Source of the DNA: Octopus sinensis
Lineage: Eukaryota
DNA length: 64,000 nt
NCBI RefSeq assembly: GCF_006345805.1
Contig: NC_042999.1
Coordinates: 156,488,001 to 156,552,000 of the forward strand
Direction: 5' to 3'
Shown: positions 25,060 through 38,195 of the stretch, piece by piece
How positions within the stretch are numbered: position 1 is the first letter of the stretch
Layout: every line of letters begins with the position of its first letter
Translations under genes and position numbers: made by a program
Notes under the pieces: model-generated
The model's database searches: none
The model's input: the letters and a program-made list of their open reading frames with translations, nothing else
What the model was told of the DNA's origin: nothing

Positions 25060-28000
25060 AAAGGTAGAAAACATCCTTCCCTCATTTCACAAACCAGTAG
25101 ACACCACAGTTACTCGAAGGAAAAACTGAGACAATTAGAAATATAAGAACGATATCGTTCTCCCTTGAGTGTTGTTGATCAAAGAAGTGGACATTTTGTT
25201 CACTAAAAAGACCATTATTTGCAACTGCATTGATCACATAGAGTGGGTGTCACAAGAGCCATCCCCAGCGGAAATTGAGAAATGCCTAGAAGAGTTGAGG
25301 TTTTTCTTAGTGTGTATAATCAGGGAAAAGCAACAAGGGAAGGTAGTGATCATTTCACTTGCACGCCCTAGCTGTTTTGTTTGATACCCATATACATGAG
25401 ACATCATGTGTCCAAGGTCAGCGTCATCAACGTACCTCCTCGTAGGGATCAGGCCAGAATAAGTGCTATGCTAGAGGAACATGAGATGATTATTGGAATA
25501 AATACTACACCCCCTTGTAGAAAACAACGGGAACGTCAATGAAGCTCCAGATTTTGGTTGTTTTGCAAGATATCCATAGCATCTAAGAATAATATTTCGC
25601 AGAATGTGAGCAGATGAGAATGGTAGGGAAAAGCAGAAAACCTTAAAGTTGCCGTTGTAACAAAACAGACCACCCTAAATCACTGCGGAGAGAAATGCAT
25701 GACACTGCATCACTGCTTCCGACATCGAATCTGCTGCAATCACAAAGAGGAAAGAATCGGTAAAAATAATTACATTCACAACAACAAAGTATTTCGCCAT
25801 TCACAGATTGAGTTGGGAACAAGTCTTTCACTATTTCTATCAACAATAACAAAAGAAACAAATGACACATATGAAAACAAGCGTAAATCCAGCTGATTCC
25901 GCGTATCGAATATGAGGCTGTAGACAATACAGAAGCCTTCGAATGGCTTATAGTCAAATGGCCATCAAAAATGAAGGTGGGCAGGCGAATATACAGACCC
26001 TAGCCCCCAAATGCTCAAAGTTTCGTAGTATCATGCTTAACAACTTTGCTAAAGATACGGTTAATCAGTGTACTATTTAAGTGGGAATTGTCGAGAGTCA
26101 ACATTAGTCGTTTCCCTAAGAAGAATATAGAGAAACATCTATTAGTTATAGAGTAGAGATAGCTATAGAGAACAAGAGAGTATAAGAGAAACAAGTCTCT
26201 TAGAAGGGGTACATAGAAGAGGTAGTCGAAACATGAAGGCTGCATTGTACAAGCTAGGGCGCGTATGTTGAAACACGAAGACAAGAGAGCCATCCTTGGA
26301 ACTCGGGTGGAGGAGGCGCAGCACAGTAACAAAGCTAGACTTACGTGTAAGATGGACGACAGTAAGAACGTACTCTCAGATTCCAAACGCGAGTGTGATT
26401 TACCAGCAGCACTTCGCGAAAACCATTTCAAGGAACACCGAACTTGAGACAGTAAGCTTCGAAGTAAGCTATTCGACAGGAAGCCTGAGTGTTGCGAAAG
26501 GCCAATTATAGCTGATGAAATGGAAGACGTTCAGAGCTGCTGTATGGAGCGAATATCATCAGACTGAATTTTCTTCCCTTTGAACTACATTTCCACATAC
26601 CAAACTCGTTCACTCCTGTCTTGGCAGACAGCTACTGCGGCTGGCAGTAGATTAGGAGCATTCAAAGTTGAGTGAACCGGACAGTGATGACACTGCTGAA
26701 GAATAACCCTAATAAGCATGACGTTATAAAAAATTTCAAACCCTTTTCAAGACAAATTTTGGCAAAGATGTTCATCAACCGGCTTTCACTTGTTGACAAT
26801 GGCGTGGTCAGGCACGCAAACATCTATAGGATTCCTGGCAGATCTATTCACGACCACTTCTACGTCATGCAATACATCGTGCAGGGAATCGGAATAGAAC
26901 TGGTTTTGGCGGGCTGATGGTCAGTCTAGGTCAGTTCAAAGCATTCTATAGGGTGAACCATCGTTATCTGATAACTTATAAAAGCTATTGATTGCAGTTC
27001 CGTATTCATATGGTGTCTCACCATAAAGTACGGCAGTATCTATCCAGCGGCCAAATTTCACAGCCGCCTTTCGGAAACATTTAGCAACGGGCATTCGGTC
27101 CGACATGTTTTTCCTCTTTCTCTTCTGTATGTTTTGGCTCTGGAGCCTTTGTTGCGAAGAATGGAGAGTTTGAGGGCTGTCTCGATTGAGACAACTGCCA
27201 TGTCACTGTTATGGTGTCGAACAATTCGGATATAGAAGCGATCGATACTATACTGAAAGGAACACACACAAAACAGAACAAGCCGTTAGGCTTGCAACTA
27301 AGCATTTCACGAGGCAACTAAGCACTTCATGAGACCAGTGGTTGTGTATGACGATGGATTGAAGACGCAGTGAAAGTACTTGGAATCAGGTTCGGACCAA
27401 ACTTTGATGTAGAAAGGAAGTGGGAAGAAGTCATGAGGAGAGCATCCAATCTTACTCAGAAATGAGCCGCAGGGAAGCTGTCTCTGTAAGGTCGGATGGA
27501 AGCAGTAATTATATGCATTGTCATACATTGAGTCGCTAATACACTATTGCCTGACCGCTGTACTTGTCCTATGCGACGTCTAAAAAGACTGGAGCGCATA
27601 CTTTTTCGCTTCTTGTGACAGACAGGTTCCACTGTTCAGGAAGTCCATCTATTACCAACACCCACTCTATGGCTGATTTTGAGATTCCGCCCTTGATAAT
27701 GCAATAGCAAGCCGATGTAATTCCATAAATATTTGGACCATGGCAACAGTGACGACGACGACGAAAACAAGGGCGAACAGATCTAGGGGTCTTTCATGCT
27801 AAACGTTTTCTATAGCTTATTTGCTTGACCAATCTGCAATTGAGTGAGACCGAGGTTTGGTGTTTGATGCCCGGAATGCTGCCAAGCGATTACAGCTGTC
27901 TACAAGCTGTACAAAACCCTCTGCGGAAAGACGACTCGCGGTTTCTTTAGAGCACATGAGCGACGATAGCCTGAAGTTGGATCTGAGCATCGACGAGTAC

Positions 28001-28370
28001 TGCCTGAGTAGGATTTTCAGGTCAGAGACTATGAACGACTTTCAAAAGCCCTTGGTGTGACAGCACTACAGGAAGGGAGTAAATGTTGATCTGAATAGAA
28101 ACACCAACAGTAGACCCTTTCTGAGAGCGAGCAGGGGATGAAACCATTCTACACTCCATCATCCAATGTTTGTGCATTGAGGACTTGTGGGTTTGTGCCC
28201 AACAGCTACTTTCGCGTGTAAGACGAATCTGGCTATTCACCAAGTACAGAGTGAGGATCAACACACCATCTCTCTTTGGAAGAGGAGGGAAGCAAATCAT
28301 TCTTTGCTAGATAGTTGAGGTAGCAAGTCATTTTTTGATTGATAGAAATGTGGTGGACTCTTGAAAATTT
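25060..28370 (+). mobile_element. Heavily decayed L1/Tx1-clade LINE (ORF1 knuckle, APE, RT, C-terminal Cys motif); ends approximate
   Basis: Relics in order: RPSCF..CP knuckle, DIESAAIT (APE), ILAKMFINRL...IPGRSIHDH, KAFYRVNHRYL, ETILHSIIQC. Many stops and frameshifts. Confidence 0.75.
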
Positions 28371-28392
28371 TTGTAGGAATTTTATTTTCATA

Positions 28393-28790
28393 CTAGCAGT
28401 ATCGCCCGGCGTTGCTCGGGTGTGTAAGGGAAATAACTATATAAGCATTTTTAGAGAGTTATAGCCAAAAAGTAGCAAAAAATGCATTAAAAATGGAAAA
28501 AAAATGATGGTAAATTTTTTTAAAAATCGTTGACTCATCGTAGACATTTTTAGAGAGTTACTTCCCTTATATAATAGCGAAAAAATGCATTAAAAATGGA
28601 AAAAAATTATGGTAAATTTTTTTTTAAATCGTAGACTCATCGTAGACGCGCGCTAATACCCAGAAGGGCTCGATATGAATCACGACCATAAGATACCCGG
28701 CTTTGGTTAAACTGCACCGCAAAATGTGGGAGTAGTTAGGAATCTAAATCATAGGAGACAGACACACAACCTTACTTTTATATATAAAGA
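28393..28790 (-). mobile_element. Non-autonomous Helitron, copy 2 (398 bp)
   Basis: Reverse complement of 9492-9888 with TC...hairpin...CTAG and an A|T insertion site. Confidence 0.9.
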
Positions 28791-29296
28791 TATTCTGTTA
28801 TAAGTTCACTTTTAAAAATTTCTTTGAGACGATAAATTTACAAGGTTTTAAATTGCACGGTCGAGGGTTCAAATTCATTCCGGTCACATGCATTTCAGTG
28901 AGATTTAGAAATGATGAGTATTATAGGAAGCTTCAATGTACCACCTCTAATACTGTAATAAGCTCTATTGTGTATCTATGGGAAGAAGATAAATTAAGTG
29001 GTAGATGATGGATGAAAATTAAGTTAATCACGAAGTTCTTGTTTGTAAGAGTGTATGTATAATGTTCAATTGTACGTGACCAGGTGAGATGTTAATGTGC
29101 AAGGAATTCTGGGAGTTAGGATGAAAGTTTTAAATTGTGCCTTGTTAAATTTCGTGCTCGTCTATAAACAAGGAAAAGCCTGACCGAACTTTGAGCGCTG
29201 ATTCTTTTGGCGGAGAAGTTTGCAATACTCCTTGATGACGAAAGTGGGCAACACACCAATAACGAGGTATTGTGCGCTTGCACGAGAACAGATATA

Positions 29297-29754
29297 CGAG
29301 GTGGTATCAATAATTTCCCAGATAACTATGTTTAATAAAAAAAAAACAACTTATTTACCAAAGTTTTAACATCATCTCCTTCGAAATTGTGCAACAATAC
29401 ACCGGTATAATGTTTCCCCCACTTTCGGAATCCCGCATGGAAGTCGTTTTCCGTTAGCCAGTTGAGGACCTTCTGCGATCCGCTCTGAATCTCAACAACT
29501 GTATTAAATCGGTGATCTTTGAGCTGTCTTTTCGTCTTGGGCAAAAGATGGAAGTCCGCAGGTGCTAAACCTAGCAAAGAGGGCGAGTGCAGAAGCGTTA
29601 CCATGTTGCTTTTGACAAGAAACTCACGAGTGAGGAGAGATTGGTGACAGGGCGCACTGTCGCCGTGAAGAATCCAATTCCTCGCGCTCGGATATGTGCT
29701 GCCATCTGTTGGCGCGCTATAGAACTAGTCCAGGAACTTTTTGATACCATCTTA
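29297..29754 (-). mobile_element. Mariner deletion derivative (458 bp)
   Basis: TA-flanked imperfect TIRs (CGAGGTGGTATCAATAATTTCC / reverse complement TAAGATGGTATCAAAAAGTTCC); minus frame LAPADFHLLPK..LKDHRF...FEGD is a mariner C-terminus. Confidence 0.85.
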
Positions 29755-30492
29755 TATCTTTTCTCTTTTCTCTTTTACTGGTTTCTGCCATTAGACTGCG
29801 GCCATGCTGGGACAACGCCTTGAAAAATTATAAACAAACGCAACCTATTCGAATCTAACAATTACGACATAAGTTTGGAAAGTAAATCATGACGTCCCGT
29901 AAACAATTCACATTCTGCTTAACCAGCCCCCAGCGAATACAGTTAACACGCACACACACACACACACACACATCATATCGGTCAATAATTGTTCCAGTAG
30001 GTTGAATGCATACCACCCGTAACACTTTAAATTTTCACTCGAACGTGTATAACAGACACGAACACTGGCGTGATCATTTTAAAATCCATCACTGAATTCA
30101 ATTGAAAAAAGCATTATTTTCCAAATCTGTACGCGTATACATATTTACAGCTACTAAACTTTTTGGAAGCTTAGTACATAACACTCAATTTTTAATTTCA
30201 TTTTCATCTTCAATCACATCCTCTTGATTCTTAACCCTCGATTTGATTCTCACAGACACCAATAATTTTATAACTACATAAATTCATAATCTTTGTAACC
30301 GTTCCTGTTTCCAAAGTCAATTTTATAACGCATTATTAAAGAAAGTTTTAATTCTATTTATACATTTACGCATTTACTATTGTATAGCTTCATGAACGTG
30401 TAAGTCTTGAGAAATCGATCTTTAAATTCTAATTCCCAATAGTCCTCATAACTGTATGATATTTGCAGTAATATTTATTTCTGTAGACAATA

Positions 30493-30889
30493 CTCTTTCA
30501 CTCTTTTACTGGTTTCAGTCATTTGACTGCGGCCATGCTGGAGCACCGCCTTTAATCAATCAACTCGACCCCGGGACTTATTCTTTTTGTAAGCCCAGTA
30601 CTTATTCTATCGGTCTCTTTTGCCGAACCGCTAAGTAACGGGGACATAAACACACCAGCATCGGTTGTCAAGCAATGCTAGGGGGACAAACACATACAAA
30701 CACACACACATATATATTCATATATACGATGGGCTTCTTTCAGTTTCCGCCTACCAAATCCACTCACAAGGCTTTGGTCGACCCGAGGCTATAGTAGAAG
30801 ACACTTGCCCAAGGTGCTACGCAGTGGGACTGAACCCGGAACCATGTGGTTGGTAAACAAGCTACTTACCACACAGCCACTCCTGTGCC
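30493..30889 (-). mobile_element. Family B SINE
   Basis: Co-linear reverse complement of the family B copies. Confidence 0.9.
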
Positions 30890-31626
30890 TGTACAATGTA
30901 AAATTTTGACTAAGTGAAAAAAAAAAAAAAATTTAATGATAATATTAATAGTCCTCTAATGTATACTCATACTGTTCGCAACATTCAAGTTTTAAAAATT
31001 TAATCTTACTTGAACATCTGAACATGCAATTTACATCATTCATCACAATTCACAATATTCCTTGCATGAACAAGCTGCAGCAGAATAGGCACAATTTTGC
31101 ATCTCTAGTCATATAAATCATTATTTATCCGTCGCCTAGAACTTATCTTATCTGTCTTCTATAGAAAAGCTCTGTTGTGAATTTGATGTAAACAAGGACA
31201 CACTGGTGTGAAAGCGAACTAATACCATTCGAAATTTCGCGTGTTTGATTAGAATAAATCTGAACACTTGACCGCACAATGATTTATCATTAACCTGCAG
31301 TTGAATTCCAAAGTTAACCAGCATATAAGCGTCAACGGCCTCCCATCCAGCCTTTACATTTTCTGTATATTCCCCCTACCCCTGCTTTCTTTTCTCCTTT
31401 TTACCATTCCACCAGCTCTCCGCAAATTTCACACACACTCGAATCTAATGTCATGATTGGTGACATGAAATTCGAAAAGCAAAACGTAAATTACCAGCTG
31501 CAATTATCATAAAAATTCTCATCTCTTGTATTGAGTAGAGTTTTGAACTTCTTGCTTGTACCTACGTACACACATAGACTCACAGACATGCATAAGTATA
31601 AACCCGCAAATTTCACATCTGAGGGT

Positions 31627-32044
31627 GGCGCAGGGGTGGCTGTGTGGTAAGCAGCTTGCTTACTAACCACACGGCTCTGGGTTCAGTCCCATTGCGTGGC
31701 ACCTTGGGCAAGTGTCTTCTACCATAGTCTCGGGCCAACCAAAGCCTTGTGAGTGGATTTGGTAGACGGAAACTGAAAGAAGCGCGACGTATATATGTAT
31801 ATGTATATATATGTGTGCGTGTGTTTGTGTGTGTGTTTGTCCACCCAACATCGCTTGACAACCGATGCTGGTGTGCTTACGTCCCCGTAACTTAGCGGTT
31901 TGGCAAAACAGAACGATAGAATAAGTACTAGGCTTACAAAGAATAAGTCCCGGAGTCGATTTGCTCGACTAAAGGCGGTGCTCCAGCATGACCGCAGTCA
32001 AATGACTGAAACAAGTAAAAGAGCAAAAGAGTAAAGAGTAAGAG
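31627..32044 (+). mobile_element. Family B SINE
   Basis: Head, B box, central domain and (GTAAAAGA)-type tail. Confidence 0.9.
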
Positions 32045-32398
32045 CATTAGATTATTTTCGTTTCTCCGCCTTGTTTTTCGGCATATTTGTGAACGAATGA
32101 CATTTATGCAGTCACATTTATGAATGCACGCGTATATAGCTGCGCGTGTATATGTATGCAGAAGCGCGAAAACCAGGAAGTAGACGTATTTCATTCATTC
32201 CACGTAATTCTTTTCACCGTTTCTCATTTCATACAGAAGAAATACAAGAAATAAATGGAACCATGCATCAGACGATGAAAATTAATCACGAAAGGAATCT
32301 GCTCCATTAACCAGTCCAATTTCAGAGATGTTCATATACCCTGATTAACACACACACGCACACACACACACGCACACACACACACACACAACACACAC

Positions 32399-32432
<34 letters not shown>

Positions 32433-32560
32433 CACACACACAAACAAACACACAAACACACACACAAACACACACACAAACACACACACACACACTCTCT
32501 CTCACACACACACACATATATGTACACATAATAACAATAATAATAATAATAATAATAATA

Positions 32561-33137
32561 GATGCAGTACCAGGCAGTGGCTCTCATGGCTTCTGATCTT
32601 AACTGATTGGAAGTGTTATCAGGCACATTGTTTTGTCTTGGTATAAAAGATGGGCTACAGCAAATATTCTGCTCAATACCACAGATTTTCTAATCAGTTG
32701 TTTGACCGTAACCAGTTGAGCATGTCCCTTAGTGGATGACGATATGTGCATCTCTGATCACGAGCAGAAGTAGTGGGGGAGCATCATAGCCATGTGTTGA
32801 GAGGGATTCTTTGGGGTTTGAATAGTTCACCTCTGGAAACATGGGTGGTTCTTTCAACATCCTTAAGCAACCCTTATTCAGGGACCGTTTGAGCGGGATG
32901 GGCTACTCAACCTGAAGAAAATTCTAACTGGGCCCCACCTGCAAGGTCATGTGCTGTTTATCTTGATATGAGATCACCATGTCGCGCACATATGGTTGTG
33001 ATGCATGTGCCTGGTGTACCTTTATCAGACGGGTAGTCATGATGGGTATATTGGGCTTCGTATATTTTACCCCAGTGTCACTTTGATGGCATGAACTGCT
33101 CTCTCACTCAATAATAATAATAATAATAATAATATTG

Positions 33138-33200
<63 letters not shown>

Positions 33201-33515
33201 GTTGAGAGGGATTATTTGGGGTTTGAATAATTCACCTCTGGAAACATGGGTGGTTCTTTCAACATCCTTAAACAACCCTTATTCAGGGACCTTTTGAGCG
33301 GGATGGGCTACTCAACCTGAAGAAAATTCTAACTGGGTCCTACCTGCAAGGTCATGTGCTGTTTATCTTGATATGAGATCACCATGTCGCGCACATATGG
33401 TTGTAATGCATGTGCCTGGTGTACCCTTATCAGACGGGTAGTCATGATGGGTATATTGGGCTTCGTATATTTTACCCCAGTGTCACTTTGATGGCATGAA
33501 CTGCTCTCTCACTCA
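32561..33515 (+). mobile_element. Non-coding retroposon embedded in (TAA)n: 550-bp copy (32561-33110) plus a 5'-truncated 315-bp copy (33201-33515)
   Basis: The second copy matches 32796-33110; both end ...CTCTCTCACTC(AAT)n and are preceded by (AAT)n. The + orientation is inferred from 5' truncation. Confidence 0.75.
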
Positions 33516-33559
33516 ATAATAATAATGATAATATTAATAATAATAATAATATAATAATC

Positions 33560-34073
33560 CTTTCTACTACAGGTACAAAGCCTGATATTTTAGGGGAGGC
33601 GGCTAGTCGATTACATCGAAACTAGTGCTTATTTTATCGGCCCCCGAAAGAATGAAAACAAAATCACCCACGGTGAAATTTGAATTCAGAACATCGAGTC
33701 AGACGAAATGCCGCTAACCATTTTGTCTGGCGTGACAACCATTCTGCCAGCTCAACGCCTTTATAACAATAATAATGATTTCTATTATAGGTACAAGGAG
33801 TGAAGTTTTGGAGGAGGGTTAGTCGATTATATCGGCCCCAGTGCTTGACTGGTACTAAATTTTATCGAGCGGGAAAGGATGAAAGGCAAAGTCGACTTCG
33901 GCGAAATTTGAACTCAGACGTAGCGACGGGTGAAATACCGCTAAGCACGCCGGGCGAAAGACCGGCGTGCTAACGACTCTGCCAGGTCACCGCCTTTCTT
34001 CTTCTTCTTCTTCTTCTTCTTCTTCTTCTTCTTCTTCTTCTTCTTCTTCTTCTTCTTTCTTCTTCTTCTTCTT

Positions 34074-34104
<31 letters not shown>

Positions 34105-34568
34105 ATAATAATAATAATAATAAGTGCTTCAAATTTTGCCACAAGGTTAGCAATTTTGGGAGAGGGACGAGTCAATTACATCGACCCCTCTGTTCAACCG
34201 GTACTTATTTCATTGACCCCGAAAGGATGAAAGGCAAAGTCGACCACGGCAGAGATTGAACTCAGAACGTAGCGACGAGCGAAATACCGCTAAGCATTTC
34301 GTCCAGCGCGCTAACGATTTGGCCAGCTCATCGCTTTTCTTCATAATAATAATAATCATCCATTCTACTATCGGCTTAAGGCCTGAAATTTTTGGGGAGA
34401 GGGACGAGTCAATTACCCCAGTGTTTCACCGGTACTTAATTTATCGACCCCGAAAAGATGAAGGGCAAAGTCGACCTCGGCGGAATTTGAACTCAGAACG
34501 TAGCGGCAGGCAAAACACTGCTCAGCATTTCGCCCGGCGTGCTAACGTTTCTGCCAGCTCGCCGCCTT
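33560..34568 (-). mobile_element. Four head-to-tail family A SINEs separated by (AAT)n/(TTC)n; boundaries approximate
   Basis: Copies at about 33560-33760, 33780-33995, 34120-34337 and 34360-34568; (TTC)n at 33996-34101. Confidence 0.85.
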
Positions 34569-34579
34569 TCTTCTTTTTC

Positions 34580-34676
<97 letters not shown>

Positions 34677-34687
34677 TAATAATAATG

Positions 34688-34739
<52 letters not shown>

Positions 34740-34837
34740 TAACAATAATAATAATAATAATATAATATTATTATTATTATTATTATTATTATAATTATTA
34801 TTATTAATAATAATAATAAAAATTAAATATTATATTA

Positions 34838-35730
34838 TTTCGACCAGAAACACACGCATCAATGGTTACGAAGCTTAGGGCTAAAAGTAGGGAGTAAGGT
34901 TTCATATTAGCTGCTCAAGACCAAAGTTTATTAACCCGGAACTACCAAGCCAATGTGATAGAAAATAGAGCTGACCAAAAATGCCGATTCTGTAACGATG
35001 AGATAGAAACTATAGATCACCTAATTTCAGGGTGTAGAGTCTTATCACCTGTAGAATATAAAGCAAGACATGACAGAGTCGGCCAGTATTTACTCTGGAC
35101 AATATGTCGGCATTATAAAATCAAAACCGCTGACAAATGGTTTAAACACCACCCTGAAGCTGTGTGACTAAGGGAGAAAATGTGTCGATTCTCTGGGACT
35201 TCCCCGTACATACCGACAAAACTATAAAAGCTAATAAACCGGATATTATTATAAAAGATCAGACAAAAAAAGTGTGTTTATTAATTGACATGAGTATTCC
35301 TTGCGATCACAATATAGCGGTGAAAGAATTTGACAAGATCAGTAAATAGAAAGAATTGTTAATAGAAATTGAAAAAGTGTGGCATCTCAAGGCGACTACA
35401 GTACCGGTGATTGTAGAATCTCTAGGAATGATAAAAAAAAAGGTACTGAAACCTATTTGAAAATGATACCAGGCTTACCATCCCTACAGGAAGTGCAAAA
35501 AATCGTGTTAACTGGAACGACTCATGTACTGAGAAGAGCATTATCGCTGTGAAAACAACATCCATTCGTGAATTTATTTATTCATTAATTTTTTAAATAG
35601 ATATTTTACCTGTGAATTTGCGTGTGTAATCTGGGAATGCATACAATGAGCTTCTCTGCCCTAGGTGTATGGAAAACAATCGGCGAGAAACGGAAGAAAA
35701 TTTGAAGAAAGAAGGAATAATAATAATAAT
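34838..35730 (+). mobile_element. 5'-truncated R4/Dong-clade LINE: zinc knuckle plus restriction-like endonuclease, in (TAA)n
   Basis: CRFCNDEIETIDHLISGC (CCHC), YKARHDRV, KPDIII...LLIDMSIP (PD..D motif); (AAT)n at 34578-34820 and a (TAA)n tail; stops and frameshifts present. Confidence 0.9.
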
Positions 35731-35779
35731 ATGTGTTTGAAAGGCAAATAAGCATCGAGAGCTAGCAAGCCATGGTACT

Positions 35780-35820
35780 CCAGACTGATGATGAGCAATG
35801 ACTCTGAAACTAGTCTCTGG
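35780..35820 (+). ncRNA. Minimal type I hammerhead ribozyme
   Basis: CCAGA-CTGATGA-T-GAG-CAATGA-CTC-T-GAAA-CTAG-TC-TCTGG: 5-bp stem I, intact core, palindromic stem III (ACTAGT), GUC triplet; predicted cut after 35815. Confidence 0.8.
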
Positions 35821-35901
35821 TTGCTGGCTTTGCCGGGGGGAGATAACTCCCCTTTGAAAACATAAGGACACTTATTTCTAAATCTGAAAGATTTAGAAAT
35901 G

Positions 35902-35937
<36 letters not shown>

Positions 35938-36218
35938 CATATATATATACGTGTATATATGTGTGTGCATGTATGCATATATAAGGAGAGATAGATAGGT
36001 AGGTAGGTGGATAGATAGATAGATAGGTAAAAAAAAAAGATAAACTGAAATAGATATATCATTATATAAATATGAGTTTGATGCACGGAGAGTACAAAAA
36101 GCGGGCGGGCTTCAATGGTGTGCCCACTCGATGGAATACGTTTTTGTAATGCTACCGATAATGGATTAGTACGATGCATACATGCACACATACATACATG
36201 CATACATACATACATACA

Positions 36219-36250
<32 letters not shown>

Positions 36251-36339
36251 GTAGAAAGAATAGCCAAAACTCTTTGACTGTTATTTCTAAATTCGGTGCG
36301 TGGTGAGGCAAATCGTTGCTAAACCCTTAATTACTTAGT

Positions 36340-36365
36340 AAATATATATATATATATATATATGT

Positions 36366-36410
<45 letters not shown>

Positions 36411-36421
36411 ATATATACATA

Positions 36422-36484
<63 letters not shown>

Positions 36485-36497
36485 TATGTATATATAT

Positions 36498-36559
<62 letters not shown>

Positions 36560-36630
36560 CATACATAAATACATACATACATACATACATACATACATAC
36601 ATACATACCTATATACATACATATATATGG
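36340..36630. repeat. (TA)n/(CATA)n microsatellite
   Basis: Direct inspection. Confidence 0.95.
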
Positions 36631-36806
36631 TTAATCTATATTCCGAAAAAGTGGATTACCTATATTGCTGTTCGAATCTGATGTCATGATCGGTAACGTG
36701 AAATTCGAAAAGCACAACATGAATTACCAGTTGCAGTATTGAGACGTGTTTCGAACATCTTGCTTATACCTGCGTACACACGTGTACACACACGCGCAGA
36801 CAGACA

Positions 36807-36840
<34 letters not shown>

Positions 36841-37166
36841 ACTTGCATATTTCATGTAAAAATACACATATTCTACGGAAGTTCGAATTCGTTGCTGTCC
36901 CATTAGTCGATGCCGTCCCGAGAACGTCGATGTTCATGCTGGTATCATCTGCGATCGATACACGTTGTTTTCCCTCGAGGACCCGGTCATGAAAAAAAAA
37001 ATAAAAAAAGCGGGCGATCGATCGTGAAGAGCACGAGGACGACCACTAACTTTCCTGAGGCGACATCAGATAAGGCGCAGCAACGGACTGCGAGTTCCCA
37101 CAGCGTGCTGGCCGGCGGAGACCGAGGTGGTCGTGGGAACAAGAAGACGGACGAAGCTATGATACC

Positions 37167-37401
37167 TATTTCTTTACTACCTACAAGGGGCTAAACACAG
37201 AAGGGACAAACAAAGACAGACAAATGGATTAAGTCGATTATATCGACCCCAGTGCGTAACTGGTACTTATTTAATCGACCCCGAAAGAATGAAAGGCAAA
37301 GTCGACCTCGGCGGAATTTGAACTCAGAGCGTAGCGGCAGGCGAAATACCGCTAAGCTTTTTGCGCGGCGTGCTAACGATTCTGCCAGTTCGCCGCCCTA
37401 A
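37167..37401 (-). mobile_element. Family A SINE with a 16-bp TSD
   Basis: TSD ACGAAGCTATGATACC at 37151-66 and 37402-17. Confidence 0.9.
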
Positions 37402-37691
37402 ACGAAGCTATGATACCGTCGTCTGAACGAAAGCGAGGCAGTGACGCAGAATGGAATACCGGGAAAAATCACACACAAAAGATAGAAACTGGCTCGTTCC
37501 TCATCAGTTATCGTCCAAATTTCATAGCAATTTCACACCTTCAACGATAAGATTGTTCATTTTGGTGGCGTCAGCAGCAAAGAGCTGCTGGGATTAAGTG
37601 ATCGATCGTAAAGGACGGTGACGAAAAAAATAAAGGGTGACATAATGAAAACGACACATGTAGTTGGTACATATATAAATATATATACATA

Positions 37692-38195
37692 GGCGCAGGA
37701 GTAGGTGTGTGGTAAGTAGCTTGCTTACCAACCACATGCTTTCGGGTTCAGTCCCACTGCGTACCACCTTGGGCAAGTGTCTTTTACTATAGCCTCGTGC
37801 GTGGTTTTGGTAGACCACTCTTATATATATACAATCTTATATATATACAATCTTATATATATATATATATATATATTCAAAATTTTTTATTTTATCTAGT
37901 TTCAGCTCACGAGCTGTGGCCATGCTGGGGCACCACCATACATATATATATGTGTGTGTGCGTGTGTGTATGTGCGTGTGTGTGTATATATGTTTGTGAG
38001 TCTGTGTTTGTCCCCCTACCATCGCTTGAGAACCGATGTTGGTGTGGTCACGTTCCCGTAACTTAGCGGTTCGGCAAAAGGAACCGACAGAATATTACCA
38101 GGCTTATATAAGAATAAGTCCTGGGGTCAATTTGTTCGACTAAAGGCGGTGCTCCAGCATGGCCGCAGTCAAATGACTGAAACGGATAAAAGAAT
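37692..38195 (+). mobile_element. Family B SINE, rearranged, with internal (TA)n
   Basis: Head at 37692 and tail near 38190; centre partly replaced. Confidence 0.8.

Noticed and set aside
37500-37512. GATAA-CTGATGAG on the minus strand (also 38956-38968) as hammerhead ribozymes
   Set aside because: Only the 5' half is present; no matching GAAA, stem III or stem I 3' strand was found downstream.
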